Assembly (NCBI GenBank): GCA_964506565.1
Contig: CAZDLP010000001.1
Span: 2,139-57,874 of the forward strand
Direction of reading: 5' to 3'
Source of the DNA: an uncultured Planctomycetia bacterium
GTDB taxonomy: Bacteria; Omnitrophota; Gorgyraeia; JABMRG01
Length of the DNA stretch: 55,736 bases
The notes under the pieces were generated by a model, which did not search any database, was not told the DNA's origin, and saw nothing but the letters and a program-made list of their open reading frames with translations. The translations under genes were made by a program, and so were the position numbers. Shown in pieces: positions 8,335 through 16,343 of this stretch (position 1 is the stretch's first letter; every line of letters starts with the position of its first letter).

Positions 8335-9379
8335 CTTTATGCTCCTTTGTAAGTTCGTTTACGGTATCTATTAAGCTTATCTTTGCCATACATGTTCTTG
8401 TGCATCGCCCACAACCTACACAAAAGAACTTATTATACTTTTTAACGGAATAATCGAACTTTCTGTGATATCTGTGCCTCTGTCTCGCGGAGCGCTCCTC
8501 GCGAAAACTCTCGCCCCCGGCTACCTCGGCAAATTCCTCAAGCTGGCAGGAATCCCAAACCCTGTTTCTGGTTCCCTTGGTGACATCGAGGGTAACTGTA
8601 TCATATATATCAAAGCAATAACATGTAGGACAAACTGCTGTGCAATTTCCGCATGAGAGACAGCGCTTTCCGACGTTCTCCTGCCAAAACTTGCTGGAAT
8701 ACGAGTCTTTAAAGACCCTTCTGAGCTCCTTGTACCCCGCGTCAAGTTTGTTATCAAAATTTTTAAGCTTCGCTTCTTGCAGGGCCTTAAGCTCTGCTTT
8801 TATCTTGCCCTCAAGTTCAGCAGTAGTCTTACCAAATAACGGGCTTTTGCCTATCAGCTTGTCTCCGGCCATTGAATTAATATGCACGATATATTTATCC
8901 CCGGCATCTGTAAGCATTATGTCATATCCCGCTTTAGGGACATGTGTATCCATCGCGACGCATGTCGCGTACTCATCGCAGGGCTTCATACACTCATAAC
9001 CTATTATGATTATGCTCTTCTTTTTCTTGGCAAAATACGGATCTGCCGGGCTATCATTGAGGGCTACATCTAGGCACTCTATGCCCTCTATGTCGCATGT
9101 ACGTACGCCAAATAATATCAAAGGCTCCACATCAACCTGGGTGCTGCTCATCTTGGCCTCGCCCATATTGAAATCCCCAAGTTTTTGATGCTGCGGCATA
9201 AAATATTTTTTTGGTGGCAGTATAGTAGGTATATAATCAAGGCTTACCTGGCTAGCGTCCTCCACTTGGGCAAAGACAAACTGGTTCTCCTTCTTTACAG
9301 GAGCTACCACCTTCTGCTTTTTAATAAGCCCCTCTACAAACTTTTTAAAATCCGCTTTATTCAGATAACCGTATCTCAT
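8321..9379 (-). CDS. hydB: Hydrogenase beta subunit (4Fe-4S protein)
   Basis: 352 aa with 'CLSCGNCTAVCPTCYC' and 'CVGCGRCTRTC'. The beta-gamma-delta-alpha order and the subunit sizes match sulfhydrogenase-type group 3b enzymes. Confidence 0.8.
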   Translation of the reverse strand: MRYGYLNKADFKKFVEGLIKKQKVVAPVKKENQFVFAQVEDASQVSLDYIPTILPPKKYFMPQHQKLGDFNMGEAKMSSTQVDVEPLILFGVRTCDIEGIECLDVALNDSPADPYFAKKKKSIIIIGYECMKPCDEYATCVAMDTHVPKAGYDIMLTDAGDKYIVHINSMAGDKLIGKSPLFGKTTAELEGKIKAELKALQEAKLKNFDNKLDAGYKELRRVFKDSYSSKFWQENVGKRCLSCGNCTAVCPTCYCFDIYDTVTLDVTKGTRNRVWDSCQLEEFAEVAGGESFREERSARQRHRYHRKFDYSVKKYNKFFCVGCGRCTRTCMAKISLIDTVNELTKEHKDAKK

Positions 9380-9382
9380 ATG

Positions 9383-10066
9383 CTATCTCTCCTTTTTTAT
9401 GTTAATTCTTTTTGTTATCCAACCTATAAATTCATCGATGCCATCACCTTTAAGAGACGATATCTTTATTATAGGCGCCTTTGAATTTACACCTTGTATA
9501 TTTTTTATACATTCATCTATATCAAACGGTAGATGTCCTAGGAGATCCACCTTATTCAAGAGTACTAGCTCGCTTTCTGTAAAGACCAGCGGGTATTTTT
9601 TAGGCTTATCGTCACCTTCGGGGATACTTAAGATGACTATTTTACAGTCTTCACCGATATCAAATTCCGCGGGGCAGACTAAATTGCCTACATTCTCAAC
9701 GATAAGAAGGTCAAGCCCATCCATATTAATTTCAGAGATCGCTTTTTTTATAAAACCGGCATCGATATGGCATGAGTTGCCTGTATTAATCTGAATTACC
9801 TGTGCACCCGCCTTGTCTATGCGAGTCGCGTCATTGGATGTAAAACAATCCCCTGTTAAAACGGCAAAACTTATGCCCGCGTCTTTTAACATAGGCGGTA
9901 TCTTTTCAATGAGGGTAGTCTTTCCAGCACCCGGAGAGGAGATTATATTAATCATCAGGGTCTTGCTCTTTTTCATAGACTCCCTGATAACACTAGCTGT
10001 GTTATCATTCGCTTTAAGAACATTTTCCTTTATAACCTTAAATGCCATATTCACTCCTGTTACCAT
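9383..10066 (-). CDS. hypB: Hydrogenase nickel-incorporation GTPase HypB
   Basis: P-loop 'SSPGAGKTT', plus 'ENVGNLVCP' and 'NKVDL'. The true start may be the internal Met at 10048. Confidence 0.9.
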   Translation of the reverse strand: MVTGVNMAFKVIKENVLKANDNTASVIRESMKKSKTLMINIISSPGAGKTTLIEKIPPMLKDAGISFAVLTGDCFTSNDATRIDKAGAQVIQINTGNSCHIDAGFIKKAISEINMDGLDLLIVENVGNLVCPAEFDIGEDCKIVILSIPEGDDKPKKYPLVFTESELVLLNKVDLLGHLPFDIDECIKNIQGVNSKAPIIKISSLKGDGIDEFIGWITKRINIKKER

Positions 10067-10398
10067 TCTATGGATTTTAATATAAACTCTTTACCTGATA
10101 CGATATCAACGTCCTTGCTTAAACAAAAACTACAGATAAAATTATTCTCATCTGTAGAGCTTTCCTTGCCGCAGTCCGAACATCTAAGCTTGACCGGCAA
10201 TACCTTAAGATCTAATTTCGCCTGTTTAAGCTTGTCGCTTTTTTCAATCTGCGCAAAACAAGATGTCACAATCTCTGGAACAAGATATCTTAATCTACCG
10301 ACTTCCAGATAAACGGTCTTTACTTGGCCTACATCGTTTGGGCGTACCGCGTCTTCGAGAAGAGAGACTAAATTTTTAGTGATCATCAGCTCATGCAT
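10060..10398 (-). CDS. hypA: Hydrogenase nickel-insertion protein HypA
   Basis: 112 aa with the N-terminal 'MHE' Ni site and the Zn motifs 'CSDCG' and 'CSFC'. Confidence 0.9.
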   Translation of the reverse strand: MHELMITKNLVSLLEDAVRPNDVGQVKTVYLEVGRLRYLVPEIVTSCFAQIEKSDKLKQAKLDLKVLPVKLRCSDCGKESSTDENNFICSFCLSKDVDIVSGKEFILKSIEW

Positions 10399-10404
10399 AA
10401 GACT

Positions 10405-11409
10405 TTAACATATCCTCGGTATCGGGTCAGCTGAAAGCATGCCCAATACACGTGTTGCGCCTAAGGGCGTTTTGAGACAAACCATATCTTGATTATCCTG
10501 CGTAATCTCGCCTATGCTCGCTGCATTACTGCCATATTCATTACTACGCAATATCTCCAATGCCTTTGCCTCATACTCTTTATCAATTATAACAAGCGCC
10601 TTGCCTTCGTTAGCTATATACAACGGATCCAGGCCTAATAATTCACACGCTGACCTTACGCTATCTAATACAGGTACTCTTTCTTCCTCGATCATTATGC
10701 CAAAATCTTTATGTTTTACTATTTCATTTAATGTAGTGGCAACGCCTCCACGGGTGGCATCGCGCATAAATTTTACCTCTTTAATATTGTCTGTAAGAAC
10801 TTTAAGCATATGATTAAGAGGCGCACAATCGCTTATGGATTCGCTCTCGAACTCAAACCCTTTATGTTTGCTAAGAACAGCTATACCATGGTCACCCAAA
10901 TTACCTGTGACAATAATTTTATCGCCAACAGATATATTATCAACGCTTAAGTTTATGCCGTCTCTTAAAACCCCTATGCCTGATGTATTAATAAATATGC
11001 TATCAACACTATTTTTCTCAACTACCTTTGTATCGCCACATACTATATCAACCCCGGCAATCTTTGCCCAGGATGCCATCGATTCAACTATTTTTCTAAG
11101 ATCTTCTATATCCAAGCCTTCTTCAAGTATAAATCCGCAGCTTAAATATTTGGGCGTAGCGCCATTTACCGCCAAGTCATTAACTGTTCCGCAGATAGAG
11201 AGCTTGCCTATATCACCCCCCGGAAAGAATAATGGCTTTATAACAAAGGAGTCTGTTGTAAACGCTATATTAGCAGCCTCTCCGGGCAAGATAGCGGAAT
11301 CGTCATTTTTGCTTAGAAACTTATTACCAAGATGCTTAAAAAATACGCTCTCTATAAGCTCTTGCGTTAATGTGCCACCGCTTCCATGTGCTAATGTTAT
11401 CTTAGACAT
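10405..11409 (-). CDS. hypE: Hydrogenase maturation protein HypE
   Basis: 334 aa with a PurM-like fold and the C-terminal 'PRIC' carbamoylation/cyanation motif. Confidence 0.9.
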   Translation of the reverse strand: MSKITLAHGSGGTLTQELIESVFFKHLGNKFLSKNDDSAILPGEAANIAFTTDSFVIKPLFFPGGDIGKLSICGTVNDLAVNGATPKYLSCGFILEEGLDIEDLRKIVESMASWAKIAGVDIVCGDTKVVEKNSVDSIFINTSGIGVLRDGINLSVDNISVGDKIIVTGNLGDHGIAVLSKHKGFEFESESISDCAPLNHMLKVLTDNIKEVKFMRDATRGGVATTLNEIVKHKDFGIMIEEERVPVLDSVRSACELLGLDPLYIANEGKALVIIDKEYEAKALEILRSNEYGSNAASIGEITQDNQDMVCLKTPLGATRVLGMLSADPIPRIC

Positions 11410-11411
11410 AA

Positions 11412-12515
11412 TTAATCACCATACCTGTGAGCCGCTGCGCAACTTCCCTCACTTGAAACCATACACGCGCCTCTTGGATTAGAGGGGGTACAGATATTCC
11501 TAAAGAGTTTACAATCGCTTGGCACTTTTGCGCCTCTTAATATATCGCCGCATATACAGTCTTTCTCCGATATCGAGGTGGGCCTATCTATTTTAAATGT
11601 ATTGAGTACGTCAAACCTTGAATACTCATCCTTAAGCGCGAGTCCGCTGTCTGGTATATTGCCCAAGCCCCGCCATTGGACATCAGAGGGCTTAAAGACT
11701 TTTTCCATAATACTTAACGCCTTCTCATTGCCTTGCGCCTTAACAGCTCTTTTATACGCGTTAACCAACTTGGCCTGGTTTTTTTCAGCAAGTTCCGTTA
11801 GGATGTATATGCTTGTAAGTATATCTGATGGCTCAAAACCCGTAACGCAGCAGGGTATGCGCAGCTTATCAACTATAAAATTATACATATCCGTACCCGC
11901 TATCGTACTAACATGCCCCGGACAGATAAGCCCATCTATATCGGTCCTGCTATCCTCCAATATCGCTTTAAGCGCTCTGGGCATAGTCTTATTTAACGAT
12001 AATATATAAAAATTATCTAAACCATCCTGATCAGCCTGGATAATAGCAGCGGCAGCAGTTGGCGCTGTCGTCTCAAAACCGATGCTTATGAAAACGAACT
12101 TTTTTTCTCTTTCTTCCTTGGCAAGTGTAATAACATCTCTGACAGAATAGACTATTCTTATATCGGCACCTTCTGCTCTTTGCTTATCAAGGGTAAGAGA
12201 GCCTGTTCCAGGCACATTAAAGAGATCACCAAAAGTACATATAACCAGCCCCTCAATCCTTGATAAGGCTAAAACCATGTCTATATCTTCTACTGAGGTA
12301 ACGCATACAGGGCATCCGGGCCCTGATATCAGTTTTATGTTATCGCCGATAAGTTTGTGTATGCCGTTTTTATGTATCGCCATTGTGTGGCCGCCGCATA
12401 CCTCCATTATCTTTAATCTTTTTTTAGATATCGCCTTTATCTTTTCCACTATATCCGCGCAAAGGCCTTTGTCTCTATATTCATCGATAAACTTAAGCAT
12501 TATTATGCTTTCCAT
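11412..12515 (-). CDS. hypD: Hydrogenase maturation protein HypD
   Basis: 367 aa with 'CGGHT' and 'GPGCPVCV', and a C-terminal Cys cluster. Confidence 0.9.
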   Translation of the reverse strand: MESIIMLKFIDEYRDKGLCADIVEKIKAISKKRLKIMEVCGGHTMAIHKNGIHKLIGDNIKLISGPGCPVCVTSVEDIDMVLALSRIEGLVICTFGDLFNVPGTGSLTLDKQRAEGADIRIVYSVRDVITLAKEEREKKFVFISIGFETTAPTAAAAIIQADQDGLDNFYILSLNKTMPRALKAILEDSRTDIDGLICPGHVSTIAGTDMYNFIVDKLRIPCCVTGFEPSDILTSIYILTELAEKNQAKLVNAYKRAVKAQGNEKALSIMEKVFKPSDVQWRGLGNIPDSGLALKDEYSRFDVLNTFKIDRPTSISEKDCICGDILRGAKVPSDCKLFRNICTPSNPRGACMVSSEGSCAAAHRYGD

Positions 12516-12711
12516 TAAAAAAATCTATTGTAAAGTTCGCGCTCTCTTCATCAACTTTTTGTATAGCGTAACCGGCATGCACAACAACATACTCACCGAC
12601 CTTTGGATCATCTATAATATCAAGGCCGACATCCTTTTTTAAGCCTGATATCTCCACCGTGGCTATGTTTTCTTTTATTTCCAGTATCTTACCCGGAACC
12701 GACCAGCACAT
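12493..12711 (-). CDS. hypC: Hydrogenase assembly chaperone HypC
   Basis: 72 aa starting 'MCWSVPGKI' (essential Cys2). Confidence 0.9.
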   Translation of the reverse strand: MCWSVPGKILEIKENIATVEISGLKKDVGLDIIDDPKVGEYVVVHAGYAIQKVDEESANFTIDFFNGKHNNA

Positions 12712-12718
12712 AACTTTT

Positions 12719-13801
12719 TCACCTTATATTTTCGCAGACCGTAGCCTGGCCAACGGAGATCCCGATATCTGTTGTAGAAAACTTGCTATGCGTATATAGC
12801 TTAAGTTTGGTCTCTTTAAAGCGCTTTTTAAGATAATCCAGGAGAAACTTATTCTGAAAACACCCGCCTGATATCACTACCTTGTCAACGCCTATCGCGG
12901 AATAAGCCCTCATGCACATATCGACTATCGCCTCGCCTAATGTATTATGAAATTTCGCGCTTATCACAGATATATCTTCCCCATCATAGATATCATCCAC
13001 GATCTCTCTTATAGTAGGAGAAAAGTCTATATGATGCGACGTTATCTTGTATGTGTAATAATCATATACCGATTTCGCGGCGTTTTTTTCAAGCAATATA
13101 GCTGCTTCTGCCTCAAATGTCGATTCCCGGCATATGCCGAGCATAGCTGAGACCGCGTCAAAGAGCCTTCCGGCGCTTGATGTAAGCGGCGAGTTCACAT
13201 TCTTCTTTATCATGTTGCTTATGATCTCAATATTTCCACGACTCATACCAAGGAATAATGGCAAGTCAAGGTCAAGAAACTCATCCCCAAAGGCCTGTAT
13301 AAGATAACTTATAGCCATTCTCCAGCCTTGCTTTGCCGCGACATCTCCCCCCGGTTGCGGAGCGTATCTTATGTGGTTTAACCTGTAAAAGCTCTTTCTT
13401 GTCGCTAGCAGGAATTCTCCTCCCCAGAGATTTCCATCCATGCCATAACCTGTGCCATCAAAAGAGACGCCTATTACCTTTTCATCTATATTATTATCAA
13501 ACATACACGAAGCGATATGCGCAAAATGGTGCTGCACCTGCACGAGCCTGGCGTTCTCGCCCTCGCTGCTGAGTTTTTTTGCCAGATTGGTAGTAGAATA
13601 TTCAGGATGAAAATCGCATGCTATGTAATCCGGGCTTACATTATTCTCTTTAATATAAGTTCTGACGGAATTCTCAAATTCGTTTATACCGGCAAGATGG
13701 TTAAGCTGATTAACAGGGTCACTTATATAAAGGCCTTTATCAGAAAATACCGTGAATGTATTCTTGCTCTCCGCTCCTAAGGCTATTATGTTTTTTTTCA
13801 T
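12719..13801 (-). CDS. hypF: HypF-like carbamoyltransferase, Kae1-like C-terminal domain only
   Basis: 360 aa with 'ALGAESKNTF' and 'VQHHFAHIASC', as in the C-terminal domain of HypF. No acylphosphatase, Zn-finger or YrdC-like region is present, and the rex stop codon lies only 5 nt upstream. Confidence 0.75.
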   Translation of the reverse strand: MKKNIIALGAESKNTFTVFSDKGLYISDPVNQLNHLAGINEFENSVRTYIKENNVSPDYIACDFHPEYSTTNLAKKLSSEGENARLVQVQHHFAHIASCMFDNNIDEKVIGVSFDGTGYGMDGNLWGGEFLLATRKSFYRLNHIRYAPQPGGDVAAKQGWRMAISYLIQAFGDEFLDLDLPLFLGMSRGNIEIISNMIKKNVNSPLTSSAGRLFDAVSAMLGICRESTFEAEAAILLEKNAAKSVYDYYTYKITSHHIDFSPTIREIVDDIYDGEDISVISAKFHNTLGEAIVDMCMRAYSAIGVDKVVISGGCFQNKFLLDYLKKRFKETKLKLYTHSKFSTTDIGISVGQATVCENIR

Positions 13802-13805
13802 TAAT

Positions 13806-14453
13806 TTACTCTTTTTTTGTCTGTTTTGAGCCTGCTAAAAAATAGGATAATGTCTCAAGCTCTCTTGAAAGATCAACATTCTTTACTTTTACATCCTCAG
13901 GGACGCTAAGGCTTATAGGCGCGAAATTCATTATGCATTTTATGCCGGCCGCAACCAGTGAATCCGCGACCTTTTGAGCATGATTAGCCGGAATAGTAAT
14001 AATGCCTATGGCTAAATCCTTCTGCTTTACGGTTTTTGATAACTCGTCAATAGATTGAATTATCAGGGAGTTTTTTTCCTTGTCGATCTTTTTAGTGTCA
14101 GCGTCAAATACAGCTACCACATTCAAACCCTGCTCTTTAAATCCAGGATAGGCCAACAACGCAGAACCTAAATGACCAACACCTATAACGCAGACATTCC
14201 ACGTCTTATCTTTACCTAGGATAGTCTTTAAGGCCGCTTTTAGCTCATTGATATTATACCCGGAACCACTTATACCGAACTGGCCAAAATAACTAAAATC
14301 TTTGCGCACCTGCGTATCGCTGAGATTGAGCCTTTCGCCAAGCTCTGAAGATGATATAGTGCGTATACCTATCTCAGCGAGCTTGGATATCTCTCTAAGA
14401 TAGATAAATAAACGCGATATAGTTGTCTCTGGGATCTTTTTATTATTATTCAT
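13806..14453 (-). CDS. rex: Redox-sensing transcriptional repressor Rex
   Basis: 215 aa. The N-terminal winged helix is 'RLFIYLREI...SSELGERLNLSDTQVRKDFSYFGQFG' and the Rossmann motif is 'VIGVGHLGSAL'. Confidence 0.9.
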   Translation of the reverse strand: MNNNKKIPETTISRLFIYLREISKLAEIGIRTISSSELGERLNLSDTQVRKDFSYFGQFGISGSGYNINELKAALKTILGKDKTWNVCVIGVGHLGSALLAYPGFKEQGLNVVAVFDADTKKIDKEKNSLIIQSIDELSKTVKQKDLAIGIITIPANHAQKVADSLVAAGIKCIMNFAPISLSVPEDVKVKNVDLSRELETLSYFLAGSKQTKKE

Positions 14454-14463
14454 TGATTAAAAT

Positions 14464-14481
14464 TTGTAATATTTTTCACAG
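14464..14481. promoter_or_regulatory. Candidate Rex operator (imperfect)
   Basis: TTGTAATATTTTTCACAG matches TTGTGAA-N4-TTCACAA at 11 of 14 specified positions. It lies in the 5' leader of rex, and extra TGTGAA/GTGAAA half-sites sit just downstream of the -10. Confidence 0.35.
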
Positions 14482-14510
14482 ACTTTGTACTTTTTTTCAC
14501 GAATTCACAT

Positions 14511-14539
14511 ATATTACCTCTTTTATGGGCTTGTGTCAA
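14511..14539 (-). promoter_or_regulatory. Sigma70-like promoter of the rex-hyp-hyd gene string
   Basis: On the minus strand, TTGACA - 17 nt - TAATAT, about 55 nt upstream of the rex ATG. Confidence 0.6.
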
Positions 14540-14633
14540 GGGAAAAAATAAGGTTTTCAAGATGAAGTAAACTAAAATCCCCCACAGGCTTTGGGAGAAT
14601 TTATTCAAGCTTCTTTAATTTTTAAGATATGGG

Positions 14634-14790
14634 GAAAATGGTTTTGCAGCGATTAAAGCAGGGCCTTGTTGATGCGAGCGAGCATGGTTCGCCCTGATTA
14701 GACGTTATGCGAGAGCGAGCAGCAACATGGAGTAAAATTTCTACGCTGGGGAAATTTTACGTTCCTGCGTAATTGCTGCAAAACCATTTC
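14634..14790 (+). repeat. Structured ~157-nt repeat, copy C (candidate ncRNA), sense plus and antisense to its neighbours
   Basis: Outer stem gaaaatggttttgcagcgatt / aattgctgcaaaaccatttc, second stem ccttgttgatgc/gcagcaacatgg, and hairpin gtaaaatttc-tacgctggg-gaaattttac. It is 83% identical to the reverse complement of copy A. A TTAAGAT -10-like box lies 5 nt upstream. Confidence 0.6.
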
Positions 14791-14866
14791 TTAAATGTTA
14801 TAGAGCGTGCTAATCACATTTAATGGACATTCTCGCATGAATAGCTTATGAGCAGCTTCGGTTAGG

Positions 14867-15151
14867 TTATTTTACTACGTAGTTTCCTGCGTGGCGGTCT
14901 TTTAGCTCACCAAGCTTTGATTTATTCCAATTATTAATCCTTGAATAATATCCTACTATCCTTGACATATATATAAGATCAGGTATGCCCTTCTTTATCT
15001 TTTCCCACTCCTGGGTCTTTATGCCATCATCTGATATAAATATCTTATTCTCATCTTTTCTTATCGCGATACCAGGAACCCCTTCATGCTCATACTCTGC
15101 CCATTCATAGCCGAGGTTAACTATGTTGGATATAAAAACTTCTTTTCGCAT
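14867..15151 (-). CDS. Small protein carrying an NrdD-type C-terminal glycyl-radical motif
   Basis: 94 aa. The C-terminus 'SRIVGYYSRINNWNKSKLGELKDR' matches the conserved glycyl-radical tail of class III ribonucleotide reductases. The N-terminal 60 aa are unrelated and contain no Cys. It has its own SD (AAGGAGAG). Confidence 0.6.
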   Translation of the reverse strand: MRKEVFISNIVNLGYEWAEYEHEGVPGIAIRKDENKIFISDDGIKTQEWEKIKKGIPDLIYMSRIVGYYSRINNWNKSKLGELKDRHAGNYVVK

Positions 15152-15178
15152 ACTTCTCTCTCCTTTTCGTTTTTTTAG

Positions 15179-15502
15179 TTACTGCGGCTTTATCATTATA
15201 AGCAGCATCTTGAATCTCTCTTTTGCCTTTAGTGAGTGCGGCTTATCAGCGGGCATTATTATAATCTCACCCTTATTCACTAAATTTGTATCTCCGGCTA
15301 TGCTAATCTCTGCCATACCGTCTATTATATAGACTGTAGCGTCAAAAGGGGCTGTATGCTCACTTAATCCCTGCCCCTTATCAAAAGCAAAGAGTGTAAC
15401 AGTGCCCTGTTTTTTATCGATAAGGGTCTTGCTTACCGCGGAATCTTTCTGATAATCTATAATAGCCTCTGCATTCTTAGCTTTTCCGATTATATCTTTC
15501 AT
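15179..15502 (-). CDS. Cupin domain protein
   Basis: 107 aa, cupin-like beta-barrel signature (GLSEHTAPFDATVYIIDG ... IIMPADKPHSL). Confidence 0.65.
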   Translation of the reverse strand: MKDIIGKAKNAEAIIDYQKDSAVSKTLIDKKQGTVTLFAFDKGQGLSEHTAPFDATVYIIDGMAEISIAGDTNLVNKGEIIIMPADKPHSLKAKERFKMLLIMIKPQ

Positions 15503-16335
15503 ATCTTTTTATCCTTTATGATTTTGCCATTTATGCTTATGACTATATGCCTTAGAGGCATTTTTTTATTTGCTGATGAAAGGGCTTCTTTGCAAAGGTT
15601 TAAAAGGCCTGCGCAGCAAGGGACCTCCATAATTATTATTGTTAGGGACCTTATCTTTGCCTCAGATATAAGTGAGCGTATCTTCTCTTTATAAACATCG
15701 AGGCTGCTATCCAACTTAGGGCATGCTATAACAAGGCTCTTACCTTTAAGATAATCCTTATGAAAATCAGCCAATGTATACGCAACGCAATCCGCTGATA
15801 TCAACAGATCAGCGCCCTTAAAATAGCTTGCCTGCGGAGAAACTAGATGTAGCTGGATAGGCCAGTGCGAAAGCTGGGACGAACGTTTTCCCTGCTCAAT
15901 ATTTTCTATATCCTTTGATCCTGTAATATTCATAGCCTTGACACCAGGACAACCGGTATGAACAGCATCTGGATTGCCGAGATTTGGTAGTTTAATACCC
16001 TTTTTTATCAAAACATCTATCGCCTGCGAAAGATACTCTTTTTCATTATGCTCTTTAAGGTGTTTAAGGTGGGCCTTTATTACATTTTCGCCGCCTTTAA
16101 TAATATTCTCCATTACCTTTGCTTCATCGTAGGCTTGAGCCTCTCTCTCCTCTATCTTAATCGCGGCTTGGGGGCAGTGCCCTAAACAGGCTCCAAGGCC
16201 ATCACAGAAAAGATCGCTTACAAGGTACGCCTTGGAATCAATTATCTGAATAGCCCCCTCAGGACAATTTGGTATACATTCTCCACAGCCGTTACATCTA
16301 TCCTTATCAATCGTTATAATCTTTCTCTTAGCCAT
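15499..16335 (-). CDS. 4Fe-4S dicluster protein with an uncharacterised Cys-containing C-terminal domain
   Basis: 278 aa with 'CNGCGECIPNCP' and 'CDGLGACLGHCP', and 'EVPCCAG' in the C-terminal domain. Confidence 0.65.
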   Translation of the reverse strand: MAKRKIITIDKDRCNGCGECIPNCPEGAIQIIDSKAYLVSDLFCDGLGACLGHCPQAAIKIEEREAQAYDEAKVMENIIKGGENVIKAHLKHLKEHNEKEYLSQAIDVLIKKGIKLPNLGNPDAVHTGCPGVKAMNITGSKDIENIEQGKRSSQLSHWPIQLHLVSPQASYFKGADLLISADCVAYTLADFHKDYLKGKSLVIACPKLDSSLDVYKEKIRSLISEAKIRSLTIIIMEVPCCAGLLNLCKEALSSANKKMPLRHIVISINGKIIKDKKI

Positions 16336-16343
16336 ATCATCCT

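Noticed and set aside
10835-11482. 215-aa plus-strand ORF, the longest of many antisense ORFs in the track
   Set aside because: It lies entirely inside hypE/hypD on the opposite strand. Its composition is low-complexity and Ser/Leu/Ile/Pro-rich, typical of shadow ORFs in AT-rich genes, and I see no SD or recognisable motif. The same reasoning applies to the other plus-strand ORFs that overlap well-supported minus-strand genes, for example 3730..4137, 7808..8176, 8640..8999, 17814..18221, 18410..18823, 36930..37304, 43707..44108, 44856..45242 and 52334..52903.
12719-13801. Idea that the short hypF is a pseudogene or assembly truncation
   Set aside because: The ORF is uninterrupted. It starts with an ATG 5 nt after the rex stop, keeps the conserved HHxAH motif and is tightly coupled to hypC. 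There is no frameshifted remnant of the N-terminal domains upstream.
14690-14712. Hammerhead-like 'CUGAUUAGA' inside the structured repeat
   Set aside because: The core differs from CUGANGA at the invariant G, and I found no correctly placed GAAA or three-stem arrangement around it. It is probably a coincidental resemblance.
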